Shown: piece by piece, positions 42,682 to 51,674 of the stretch
Numbering within the stretch: the stretch's first letter is position 1
Layout of the letters: each line of letters starts with the position of its first letter
Assembly (NCBI GenBank): GCA_043801165.1
Contig: JAZDMG010000007.1
Location: 6,155-70,154, forward strand
Direction of reading: 5' to 3'
Source: an archaeon
GTDB lineage: Archaea > Nanobdellota > Nanobdellia > Woesearchaeales > SM23-78
Length of the DNA: 64,000 bases
The notes under the pieces: model-generated
Database searches by the model: none
Told to the model about the DNA's origin: nothing
What the model saw: only the letters and a program-made list of their open reading frames with translations
Position numbers and translations under genes: made by a program

Positions 42682-44640
42682 ATGGATATGTCTGAATACA
42701 AGCAGGCCTTCCTATTCGAGGCAAAAGAACACATAGACTCGCTTAATGAGAGCCTCATGTTGCTGGAGAAAGCACCTGATGACACCGAGACAATAAACAA
42801 GGCATTCAGGTCATTCCACACCCTCAAAGGCAATGCAGGAGCCATGGGCTATGTCAAGTACTCTGAACTCGCACATGCGCTTGAGGATCTGCTCTCAAGG
42901 ATCAGGGACCATAAGCTAAGCATCAGCAAGAATATAATGGACCTGCTGTTCGAAGGCTGCGACCTACTTGAGGAAGGGCTTGAGGAGATAAAGCACGATA
43001 ATCCGGAGAACATAAACGCCGAGAATGCGATCCAAGAACTTGAAAGGATATTAAAAAAAGATGAAGCCGTGACAACGGCGCCAGTCGGGCAGGAGCTGGC
43101 GCTCAGCGAACCAGATAAGGCGAGGATAGAAGAGCTGAGAAAGAGCAATGCGAACATATTCCGGGCGATAATTGTCTTTGAGCCAGGAAATCAATTAAGA
43201 GGAGCAAAATCAACCTTGCTCCTGAAGAATCTTAGGGAGAGCTCCACAATAATAAAGACTACCCCTGAAGAAGATCACATCCGCACAGGAAAATTCGAGA
43301 CAGACATAGAAGTGGTGCTCGCGACCAACAGGAACAAAGAAGAGATGAAAAACATAGTAAACCATATATCCGGGCTGAAGCACGTGTTCATGCTCGAGCT
43401 GGAAGAGGCCTATGAGAAGCCTGCGGAAACAAAGCACGAGGAGAAAGAGCTGGCGAAGAAAGCTATCACAGACCAGCACCAGAACGAGCTAATAAAGCAG
43501 ATCCAGAGCGTCAGAGTAGACATGCAAAAACTAGACCGGCTAGTAAACCTGGTCGGAGAGCTGCTGATAGGAAACATAAGGCTGCAGGACATCAACAAGA
43601 AACAGGACTATACAAATCTCAAGACAACCCTCTCAGGCCTTGACCGGCTGATACTAGAGCTGCAGGGAGAGGTAATGGAGATAAGGATGGTGCCCATAGG
43701 AGACATCTTCACAAAGTTCCTGAGGATGGTAAGAGACCTGGCAGGCAAAGAGAACAAGAAGATCAGCATGGCGATAGAAGGAGCGGAGATAAAATTTGAC
43801 AGGACAGTGCTTGATGAGCTTGGAGACCCGCTGGTGCATCTATTGAGGAACTGCGTCGATCACGGCATAGAACTTCCAGAGGAAAGGATCCGGCTCGGAA
43901 AACCAGAGGAAGGCACCATCAACCTAATCGCCAGAAGAGAGAAGAACAACGCAGTGATACAGATAATCGATGATGGCGCAGGCATAGACCCGCAAATCAT
44001 AAAGCAGCTGGCAATCAGCAAGGGAAAAGTCTCTGAGATGGAAGCAGCCAAGATGAGCGATCACGAACTCCAGATGCTGATATTCAAGGCGGACATGAGC
44101 ACCAACAAGATAGTCACAGAGGTATCAGGCCGCGGAGTAGGGATGGATGTGGTGATGACAAAGACAAGAGAGCTTGGAGGCTCAGTGGCACTAGAATCAG
44201 AACCAGGCAAAGGGACCACTGTGACCATGCAGCTTCCGCTGACGATCGCGATAATAAGCGTGCTGCTGGTCAAGGCAAAGGATGATATCTATGCCATCCC
44301 GCTAAACCTGATAGACCAGACAGTCGATATCCACAGGTCAGACATCAAAACGATAAGAGGGCATGAGCTCTTCCTTCTGAGAGGGCAGGAGATCCCGCTT
44401 TTCTGGCTCAGGGAACTGGTCGGGACAGGAGAGTTCGTGAAGCCAGACAAGATTACGGTGGTGGTGGTCAGCAAAGACTCCCAAAGGATCGGGATAGCCA
44501 TTGACACAATCGTATCCCAGCAGCAGATACTCATAAAGAGCCTTCAGGAGATAGTCAAAGGAGTCAGAGGCTGCTCAGGAGCGACAATATTAGGGGATGG
44601 AAGGGTAGCACTGATACTCGACATAGCAACATTGATATGA
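42682..44640 (+). CDS. cheA: Chemotaxis histidine kinase
   Basis: Hpt motif FRSFHTLKGNAGAMG, dimerisation segment, HATPase motifs (HLLRNCVDHGIE, DDGAGID, GRGVGMDVV), and a C-terminal CheW-like domain. Confidence 0.95.
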   Translation: MDMSEYKQAFLFEAKEHIDSLNESLMLLEKAPDDTETINKAFRSFHTLKGNAGAMGYVKYSELAHALEDLLSRIRDHKLSISKNIMDLLFEGCDLLEEGLEEIKHDNPENINAENAIQELERILKKDEAVTTAPVGQELALSEPDKARIEELRKSNANIFRAIIVFEPGNQLRGAKSTLLLKNLRESSTIIKTTPEEDHIRTGKFETDIEVVLATNRNKEEMKNIVNHISGLKHVFMLELEEAYEKPAETKHEEKELAKKAITDQHQNELIKQIQSVRVDMQKLDRLVNLVGELLIGNIRLQDINKKQDYTNLKTTLSGLDRLILELQGEVMEIRMVPIGDIFTKFLRMVRDLAGKENKKISMAIEGAEIKFDRTVLDELGDPLVHLLRNCVDHGIELPEERIRLGKPEEGTINLIARREKNNAVIQIIDDGAGIDPQIIKQLAISKGKVSEMEAAKMSDHELQMLIFKADMSTNKIVTEVSGRGVGMDVVMTKTRELGGSVALESEPGKGTTVTMQLPLTIAIISVLLVKAKDDIYAIPLNLIDQTVDIHRSDIKTIRGHELFLLRGQEIPLFWLRELVGTGEFVKPDKITVVVVSKDSQRIGIAIDTIVSQQQILIKSLQEIVKGVRGCSGATILGDGRVALILDIATLI

Positions 44641-44768
44641 ACAGGAGATGGAAAACATATCGATAGTTTTAAAAAACCAAGAACCAAACAATGCTTTGGT
44701 TGGCCACAGGCCTAACCATAAACTGATAGCAGAGGAAAAGACAGAGAAAACAGGAAAGGAGGAATGAA

Positions 44769-45131
44769 ATGATGAAAAAAATAATGATAGTCGAGGATTC
44801 CAACCTGATGACCGCAGTCATTACCAATTTTGTGAAGAAAGAGGGCGACTATGATATAATCACGGCTAAAAATGGCGAAGAAAGCGTGACAAAATACAAA
44901 GAGCAAAAACCAGACCTGGTGTTCATGGACATAAAGATGCCTGGAATGGACGGCCTGGCTGCGCTCGAGATCATAAGGAAGATGGACCAATCAGCAAAGG
45001 TAGTCATGTGCACAGCCCTAAAAGAGGCTGAACAAGAGGATAGGGCAAAGAAACTCGGCGCAAAAGGATACATAAAGAAGCCTTTCAGCAGGGAAGACAT
45101 AGTCAAGGCACTGAAGGATAACCTGAGATGA
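44769..45131 (+). CDS. cheY: Chemotaxis response regulator CheY (copy 1)
   Basis: 120-aa single receiver domain with an intact acidic pocket (VEDS, FMDIKMPGMDG), T/S position and KKPF lysine. Confidence 0.9.
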   Translation: MMKKIMIVEDSNLMTAVITNFVKKEGDYDIITAKNGEESVTKYKEQKPDLVFMDIKMPGMDGLAALEIIRKMDQSAKVVMCTALKEAEQEDRAKKLGAKGYIKKPFSREDIVKALKDNLR

Positions 45132-45206
45132 GATGGAAATGCCATTTGCCACTAGCCATCAACTATAATCAATAATAGACTTTCATGAAAAACAGGAGGT
45201 GAAACA

Positions 45207-45566
45207 ATGAAGATATTGATCGTCGATGATTCTGCGTTCATGCGAAACATGATCAGGAACATACTGAAAGAGGGGAACCATGAGATAAGCGAAGCTGCTA
45301 ACTATGACGAGGCGATTAAAGCATATCAAGAGAAAAAACCCAACCTGGTGTTCCTTGATATTGTGATGCCCGGGAAGAGCGGCGTCGACGCCCTCCGCGA
45401 CATAAAACAGATGGACAAAGACTCATTCATAGTGATGTGCACATCAATAGGCGGCCAGCAGAAAGTGATCGATGACTCGGTGGCTGCAGGAGCGAACGAC
45501 TTCGTAATAAAACCATTCAAGCCAGAGGACATACTGCGAATCGTGGCTTCCGCAGATAAGAAATGA
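45207..45566 (+). CDS. cheY: Chemotaxis response regulator CheY (copy 2)
   Basis: 119-aa receiver domain with VDDS, FLDIVMPGKSG, MCTS and IKPF. SD AGGAGGTGA. Confidence 0.9.
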   Translation: MKILIVDDSAFMRNMIRNILKEGNHEISEAANYDEAIKAYQEKKPNLVFLDIVMPGKSGVDALRDIKQMDKDSFIVMCTSIGGQQKVIDDSVAAGANDFVIKPFKPEDILRIVASADKK

Positions 45567-45700
45567 TCCTGGACCTAGGATCAGACCGAATCAAATCTGG
45601 CATCCAAAGATGGGAACCACACAGAAAAATTCTCCAAGAGATGATATGGCCGTAATAAATAGGTTCATGATTGCAAAAGACATTACCAAGGTGATCCAAC

Positions 45701-46330
45701 ATGACCAACACACAGCTGACCTCTAGCGAAATAGACGCTCTAAGCGAGATGGGCAACATAGGCACAGGAAACGCTGCCACCGCCCTGTCCAAGTTCATAA
45801 ACAAGAATGTAGACATGAACATACCGGAGACTAAATTCGTGCCTCTGAAAGATTTCTCAAAGCTGGTCGGCGGCCCTGAAAAGATAATCGTCGGGGTATA
45901 TCTTCAGATATCAGGGGATATAGAGGGCGAATCATTGTTCATATTCCCGCGCGAAGGAGCGCTTGAGATGATAGATATCCTGATGGGCAAGCCACCAGGA
46001 ACCACCAAGATAGTGAACGAGATGGATGAATCTGCCTTCAAGGAGATGACCAACGTGATAACAGGAGCATTCCTGAACTCAATGGCAAACATGTTCGATG
46101 TGAAGCTCGTGCCTTCGGTGCCGCACATAGCGACAGACATGGCCCAGACAGTGCTAGACTTCATACTCATAAAGGTGAGCCGGTCAGCTGACAGCATGCT
46201 CTGCGTCAAGACCACGATCAATGTAGAAGGCCATCGCATAGATGGAGAATTCCTGGTGCTGTTCGATGAGAAATCATTGAAGAAGATACTCAAGACATTG
46301 CATCAGAAGTATGGAGAGGCGATAAGATAG
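45701..46330 (+). CDS. cheC: CheY-P phosphatase CheC (copy 1)
   Basis: Duplicated CheC motifs: EIDALSEMGNIGTGNAATALS and DESAFKEMTNVITGAFLNSMA. Confidence 0.85.
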   Translation: MTNTQLTSSEIDALSEMGNIGTGNAATALSKFINKNVDMNIPETKFVPLKDFSKLVGGPEKIIVGVYLQISGDIEGESLFIFPREGALEMIDILMGKPPGTTKIVNEMDESAFKEMTNVITGAFLNSMANMFDVKLVPSVPHIATDMAQTVLDFILIKVSRSADSMLCVKTTINVEGHRIDGEFLVLFDEKSLKKILKTLHQKYGEAIR

Positions 46331-46343
46331 AACGAGTGACAAG

Positions 46344-47183
46344 ATGAGCGAGATAATAGTTGAGATGGGAGGCATAGAGATAGGCCGAGAGAATGACACG
46401 CTGCTCTCGCTGGGGCTCGGCTCATGCGTAGGAGTGATAATATATGACCCCCTAAGAAGAATAGCTGGCCTGGCCCATGTGATGCTCCCTAGCAGCCTAG
46501 AACACGATTTTCCTGTTATTGAGAAAAAAGCGCTGATAGCTGATCGGGACATCATCACACGGAGGCTGATAAAAGATATAATCACATCTGATTTCGCGGT
46601 CATCCTGGAATCCCAGGAAAAAGATGAGACCATCAGCATCTATCGAAAGCTCAAGCCTCAACTGTCATTCATAAGCGCGTTCCTCCCTCCGACAAATGGC
46701 CTTGATGCAATCCACACCTTGCTGAGCATAGACCAAGACATCAACGCAATAGTCATCAGCCCAAGCATAGAATCAGGCACACTTTCACATTATCTAAGCA
46801 ACGGAGCAAGAGAGGTCATACTTGCCCCCTTCACCGAGCTCAAGATAAAGAGCTGCGTTGATTATGTAATCCATAAGGACCTTCTGAAATTCGCGGATAG
46901 GGCTGTGCCAACCCTTATCGGCAAGATGATGAACAGCGGAGCTGAGAAGAGCAACCTGGTGGCTAAGATAGTTGGCGGGGCGCATATGTTCCCGACCCTG
47001 ATGGATGAGGAAGTAATGAACATAGGAAAGCATAATATCGAGGCAGTGAAGAGAATCCTGCATGAGTTCGGCATCAGAGTAACCTCTGAAGAGACTGGCG
47101 CTAGCATAGGCAGGACTGTCATCTTCGAGGTGAACACAGGCATCATGAAAATAAGAACAAAAGACGGCACGAGAAGTGTCTAA
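46344..47183 (+). CDS. cheD: Chemoreceptor glutamine deamidase CheD interrupted by a ~130-aa receiver-like insertion
   Basis: The N-part GLGSCVGVIIYDP...GLAHVMLPSS and the C-part KFADRAVPTLI...KIVGGAHMF...NIGKHNIEAVKRIL...GRTVIFEVNTGIMKIRT match canonical ~160-aa CheD. Residues 52-181 (nt 46497-46886) are extra. Confidence 0.8.
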   Translation: MSEIIVEMGGIEIGRENDTLLSLGLGSCVGVIIYDPLRRIAGLAHVMLPSSLEHDFPVIEKKALIADRDIITRRLIKDIITSDFAVILESQEKDETISIYRKLKPQLSFISAFLPPTNGLDAIHTLLSIDQDINAIVISPSIESGTLSHYLSNGAREVILAPFTELKIKSCVDYVIHKDLLKFADRAVPTLIGKMMNSGAEKSNLVAKIVGGAHMFPTLMDEEVMNIGKHNIEAVKRILHEFGIRVTSEETGASIGRTVIFEVNTGIMKIRTKDGTRSV

Positions 47184-47211
47184 TCAGGAGCAAAATTAGA
47201 GAGGCTAAACA

Positions 47212-48036
47212 ATGGATGTCAAGGTGACCGACAAGGAGAACTGGACTGCTCTGAAAATGAAGATAAAAGAGCTCAAGATATTCAACCCTGAGAATTACGC
47301 AGAGACTTTCCTAAGCAGGAGGATAGAATGCAGGCTCAGGGCCACATGCCTGAACTCATATTCAGAATATGCTCAGAAGCTCACTAGCTCTGAGAAAGAG
47401 AGGGAAGCCCTCTGCAAGGACCTGACGATAAACGTCACCTCATTCTTCAGGGATACGAACACATACCAGGCCATCAAGGAAGAGGTCATGCCTTTCATAG
47501 TGAAGACAAAAGAGGAAACAGGGCAGAACACCATAAACGTATGGTCTGCAGGAGCAGCATCAGGAGAAGAGGCCTATTCACTAGCAATCCTTTTCAAAGA
47601 GGTGCTCGGCACAAGGCTGGCCAGGTTCAAACTAAGCATCATCGGAACAGACATAGACCGTGAGGCCATTGCAGAAGCAAAGCAGGGGGTCTATAATGAG
47701 CAGCAGCTGAGGGAGACCGACCCGGCCTACATTAAGAGATATTTCGAGAAAACAGGGAACTCATATAGGATAACCGATGATATCAAGAAGATGGTGAGAT
47801 TCGAGCAAGGGGACATACTCGGTGCCTCAAAACCAAGAGATATAGACCTCCTCCTGTGCAGGAACACTGTTATTTATTTCAACGCAGAGACAAAAGCAAA
47901 GCTGTATGCTGATTTCTACAACATAATGAAAAGGAACGGCTTCCTGATACTGGGCAAGACTGAGATCCTGCTGGGAAACGCCAGAGAGCTCTTCCAGATA
48001 TTCAACAGCAGCGAAAGGGTATACTGCAAAGAATAG
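47212..48036 (+). CDS. cheR: Chemotaxis protein methyltransferase
   Basis: Motifs TSFFRD, VWSAGAASGEEAYSLAILF and LLCRNTVIYF. Confidence 0.9.
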   Translation: MDVKVTDKENWTALKMKIKELKIFNPENYAETFLSRRIECRLRATCLNSYSEYAQKLTSSEKEREALCKDLTINVTSFFRDTNTYQAIKEEVMPFIVKTKEETGQNTINVWSAGAASGEEAYSLAILFKEVLGTRLARFKLSIIGTDIDREAIAEAKQGVYNEQQLRETDPAYIKRYFEKTGNSYRITDDIKKMVRFEQGDILGASKPRDIDLLLCRNTVIYFNAETKAKLYADFYNIMKRNGFLILGKTEILLGNARELFQIFNSSERVYCKE

Positions 48037-48085
48037 GGCGCTCTGTCTGATGTTCTAGTTCCAGGACTAAGAAAATAGCAAAATC

Positions 48086-48093
48086 TTTATAAA
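48086..48093 (+). promoter_or_regulatory. TATA box (TTTATAAA) in the cheR-mcp gap: possible internal promoter
   Basis: Exact TTTATAAA within the 222-bp intergenic gap, ~90 nt upstream of a strong SD and micro-ORF. Confidence 0.35.
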
Positions 48094-48258
48094 CCGCACA
48101 GCACATGATAGGATATAACATATCAAGCAGTTTGATATCAAACGAGAAAAATCAGACCATTTAAAAAAAGAGGTGGGTGATGGTCAAGAGAGATGGTTAT
48201 TTGCCTAGATATAATCTCTTAGACATACTTCTCGGAAAAATCAGCTCCAAAAAGGAAA

Positions 48259-48621
48259 ATGATAGATAACTACCTAGCGAAATGTGAGTGCGGATTCAAG
48301 GCAGAGGTAAGCTATGGACGCGAAGGAGAAGAGAAGATACACGAGGTGTACTCCTGCCCTAAATGCAAGAACCTTTTCACATTGCGGTTCAAGGAGAAGC
48401 TAAAATGCCCAAAATGCAAAGGAGAAAAACTCTGCCAATACAGCCCTAACAAGAAAGACAACATCGCCTATTACAGGAGGATGCTCAAGATCGGAGCGCT
48501 GCATAAGAGAGGAATGGAAGAGCTTGTGACGTTCTGGAAAAAGATTTATGATACTGAATGCCCGAAGTGCGGCAAGAAGAAGATGCATTGGACAATCAAA
48601 GAGAAAAAAAAGATAACCTAA
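48259..48621 (+). CDS. Small zinc-ribbon protein (four Cys pairs) inside the che operon
   Basis: 120 aa with Cys pairs CECG, CPKCKN, CPKCKG and CPKCGK. No named family recognised. Confidence 0.6.
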   Translation: MIDNYLAKCECGFKAEVSYGREGEEKIHEVYSCPKCKNLFTLRFKEKLKCPKCKGEKLCQYSPNKKDNIAYYRRMLKIGALHKRGMEELVTFWKKIYDTECPKCGKKKMHWTIKEKKKIT

Positions 48622-48632
48622 GAGGTGGACTC

Positions 48633-49775
48633 ATGAAAATGAAGAAGATAAGCATCAAATGGCAGCTGATGATGATATGTTTATTAATAGTGTCTTTGCC
48701 AGTAATCATCTTCGGGATTATTAATTACGATTCTGCGAAGAGCCTGACCCTAATCATAGCGTCAGCATCTATCATCCTAGGACTATTGGTCGCATACATC
48801 TTCGCACATAATCTCACAAGTCGCTTCAAGAGCCTAGTGGATAAGATCAACGCCGTCTCCATGGGAGACCTGACGCTGAAGCTCTCAGAATCCGGTGAGT
48901 TCCAGGCCAGCAGGAACGAGATGGACCAGCTGGTTAATGCCCTTGGCATGATGGTCGACAACCTGAGAGGATTGGTGTCAAAGATAGCGAAGAGCACAGA
49001 GAGCACTGCAGCATCAGCAGAAGAGCTCTCGGCATCGTCAGAGGAAATCAATGCAGCCATGCAACAGATATCAACAACCATCAATGAGATAGCCAACGGG
49101 GCCCAGATACTAAGCAAGAACTCAAGCGAGGTCTCAAACAAGAGCAGGCTGGCGCAGGAGAGCTCAAGGACCGGCTCAAAGGCAGGGTTGACTGTCAGGG
49201 AGAAGATGACCCAAATCGACACGACCACCAAGCTGACCGCTGAAAAAGTCAGATCACTAAGCGACACATCTGAGAAGATAGGAGACATAATCGAGACGAT
49301 TAACAACATATCAGAGCAGACCAACCTGCTTGCACTGAACGCAGCCATCGAGGCAGCAAGGGCAGGAGATGCAGGAAGAGGGTTCGCAGTTGTCGCTGAT
49401 GAGGTCAGGAAGCTGGCAGAGCAGAGCCAGAAGAGCACAGGAACCATCAGAGGGCTGATAAATGGCATCCAGCAGGGGATAGGCCAGGCAGTCCTGAGCA
49501 TGCAGGAAAACACCAAGCAGGTGCAAGAAGGCTCAGGCTCAGTGAACGAAGCCCTTGCCTCGTTCGAGGAGATCCCTGTCATCGTGGAACAGCTAAACAA
49601 GGCCATCAGCGAGATAAGCGCCATCTCAGAAGAGAACGCAGCAGGAAGCGAAGAGGTATCATCCTCTGTAGAACAGGTCACATCATCGATGGCTCAGGTC
49701 TCGACTGCTGCCCAGAAGCTCAGCAAAGAGGCTGATGAGCTCAAGCAGGTAACCAAGCAATTCAAATTCAGCTAG
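48633..49775 (+). CDS. Methyl-accepting chemotaxis protein with a TM hairpin and no extracellular sensor domain
   Basis: SD AGAGGTGG before the ATG at 48633 (ORF open from 48558). Two TM helices separated by ~5 residues, a HAMP-like segment, and the conserved hairpin tip [38 protein letters not shown]. Confidence 0.9.
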   Translation: MKMKKISIKWQLMMICLLIVSLPVIIFGIINYDSAKSLTLIIASASIILGLLVAYIFAHNLTSRFKSLVDKINAVSMGDLTLKLSESGEFQASRNEMDQLVNALGMMVDNLRGLVSKIAKSTESTAASAEELSASSEEINAAMQQISTTINEIANGAQILSKNSSEVSNKSRLAQESSRTGSKAGLTVREKMTQIDTTTKLTAEKVRSLSDTSEKIGDIIETINNISEQTNLLALNAAIEAARAGDAGRGFAVVADEVRKLAEQSQKSTGTIRGLINGIQQGIGQAVLSMQENTKQVQEGSGSVNEALASFEEIPVIVEQLNKAISEISAISEENAAGSEEVSSSVEQVTSSMAQVSTAAQKLSKEADELKQVTKQFKFS

Positions 49776-49833
49776 GCGGCGGATAGCAGCCAACAAACAG
49801 AAACTTGGCAACTAGGGATATTGAGGTGAGCTA

Positions 49834-50331
49834 ATGCCCATTGGAGAATTAAAAAGAGGAGCTGAGAAAGAGCAGCAGATGGTAATCTTTACAATTGGAA
49901 AGGAAGAGTTCGGAGTCGATATAAGCGAGGTGAGGGAGATCATCCGCATGGAGCCGATAACCAAGATTCCTCACACGCCCGAATACATCAAAGGAGTCAT
50001 CAACCTGCGGGGGGGAATAATCGTCGTCATAGACCTGGCGATGAAGCTCAGCATCCCGCACAGGAATGAGGACAACAACACAAGGATCATAGTCATCGAG
50101 GTAAACAACATGACCATAGGAATGGTCGTGGACTCTGCGACAGAGGTTCTCAGGATAAAAGAGAGCCAGATACAGCCAGCACCTGCCATAATAACCGAGA
50201 AAGTCGAGGCAGGTTACATCCAAGGGGTAGGAGTCCTTGGCGAGCGACTTCTGATCCTGCTTGACCTGACCAAGGTGCTTGAGTCAAGAGAAATCGAAGA
50301 GCTTAAAAAGACACAGGCAAATAGAAAATAA
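49834..50331 (+). CDS. cheW: Chemotaxis coupling protein
   Basis: 165 aa containing FGVDISEVREIIRMEPITKIPHTPEYIKGVINLRGGIIVVIDL. Confidence 0.9.
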   Translation: MPIGELKRGAEKEQQMVIFTIGKEEFGVDISEVREIIRMEPITKIPHTPEYIKGVINLRGGIIVVIDLAMKLSIPHRNEDNNTRIIVIEVNNMTIGMVVDSATEVLRIKESQIQPAPAIITEKVEAGYIQGVGVLGERLLILLDLTKVLESREIEELKKTQANRK

Positions 50332-50341
50332 ATATTGCAAA

Positions 50342-50968
50342 ATGGATAATCTCACCGATCTGAGCGACTTCGAGCTGGATGCACTCAAAGAAACCGCAAA
50401 CATAGGCACAGGGCACGCTTCAATAGCGCTCTCTGCGCTGATGAACAGGAAAGTGAACATCAACATCCCCCAGACCAACGTGGTCTCTGTGCACGAAGTA
50501 TACGCCCGGATAGCCAGCGCGAATGAGACATTAGTCGGCATCTACAGCAAGGTCAAGGAAGGGATGAGCGGGAACGTCGTGATGCTGCTGCCCATAGACT
50601 GCGCATTCAAGCTGATAAACCACCTCAACCCAGCAGAAGGCGGCCTGCAGAAAGATTCTCTCAAGGACAAGGACATCATAATATTGAAAAAACTCGGCTC
50701 AGTGCTGTACTCAGCATACCTGAGCGCACTGGCGAACTTCTTCGAGCAGAACATAATATTCCAGACCCCAAGCGTGGTATCCACTCTAGGGGATTCAATA
50801 ATAGATTTCATACTGGTGCAGATAGGAGAGAAGGAGAAGGTGTTGCTGATAACGATAAACTTTGATGTGGAAGGGACAGACATCGACGGCAATTTCGTAC
50901 TGCTTTTCACGCTGAACTCGCTCTCCCCGCTGCTGCAGAGGCTCAAGACCAAGATGGGGATGGCCTGA
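50342..50968 (+). CDS. cheC: CheC-family phosphatase (copy 2)
   Basis: ELDALKETANIGTGHASIALS plus a second, degenerate motif KKLGSVLYSAYLSALA. The ATG at 50342 follows the cheW stop (ORF open from 50279). Confidence 0.8.
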   Translation: MDNLTDLSDFELDALKETANIGTGHASIALSALMNRKVNINIPQTNVVSVHEVYARIASANETLVGIYSKVKEGMSGNVVMLLPIDCAFKLINHLNPAEGGLQKDSLKDKDIIILKKLGSVLYSAYLSALANFFEQNIIFQTPSVVSTLGDSIIDFILVQIGEKEKVLLITINFDVEGTDIDGNFVLLFTLNSLSPLLQRLKTKMGMA

Positions 50969-51510
50969 TGAACGTCGACATCAACGAAGAGTTCAAGACC
51001 AACAAGACCATTCTCATCGTCATACCGATAAAGGAGTATTCTGAGACCATGATGAACCTGAATGGCCAGCTCAACAGCTCATTCAACAGGATAACCTACG
51101 TAAGCCTGAACAAGCTGATAACCCCGCTGAGGAGAAGCTTCGAGGAAAACCACCTTGATCTCAGCAAGTTCTATTTCGTCGACGCCATAACCAAGACAGC
51201 CATCCCAAATCCTCCTGAGATCATCAACTGCGCATACGTGCCGGCGCCGAACGACCTCACCAAGCTGAGCATCCAGATAACCAAGTCGCTCCAGACATTC
51301 GACCCCGACTGCATAATCTTCGACAGCCTGTCGACGCTGCTGATCTACGAGGACAACACCATAACGAGCCAGTTCGTCCATGCCCTGGTGAACAAGGCAA
51401 ACGCCTTTGGCGTCAGGATAATCTTCACCTGTCTCAAGGGCGACAAGGAGAAGCAGCTGGCGAGGGAGATGAGCCTGATACTCGATAAGGTTATTGGGAT
51501 AGACGAGTGA
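50968..51510 (+). CDS. Degenerate KaiC/RecA-like protein lacking a P-loop; last gene of the che operon
   Basis: 180 aa; its start overlaps the cheC2 stop. It aligns by eye with the KaiC-like domains of 55037-57004 and 58563-59657: NKTILIV vs NSTILVS, PDCIIFDSLSTL vs PDRIVVDSLSAI, GVRIIFTC vs GATSFLIS. The GxxGxGKT site is replaced by IPIKEYSE. Confidence 0.6.
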   Translation: MNVDINEEFKTNKTILIVIPIKEYSETMMNLNGQLNSSFNRITYVSLNKLITPLRRSFEENHLDLSKFYFVDAITKTAIPNPPEIINCAYVPAPNDLTKLSIQITKSLQTFDPDCIIFDSLSTLLIYEDNTITSQFVHALVNKANAFGVRIIFTCLKGDKEKQLAREMSLILDKVIGIDE

Positions 51511-51674
51511 GATCCGAGCCTGAAGAAAGCAATTCTCAACACCGACAAACCGCGCAGTGCGCGGGACGAAGACGAAGATTTTCGTATGTAACTTCTTAGG
51601 TTCAATAAATTTGAGAGACTAAAAAGTAGAAGGGAAACAATTCTAAAATAAAAAGGGAGTTCTTTATTTCAAAC

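Noticed and set aside
41565-42845. 426-aa ORF on the minus strand
   Set aside because: It is entirely antisense to cheB and the start of cheA, both of which have unambiguous family motifs. Its product is Ser/Ile-rich and low in complexity. This is a typical shadow ORF.
48725-49681. 318-aa ORF on the minus strand
   Set aside because: It is antisense to the MCP signalling domain, whose conserved hairpin tip is unmistakable. The product is Ser/Leu/Ala-rich shadow sequence.
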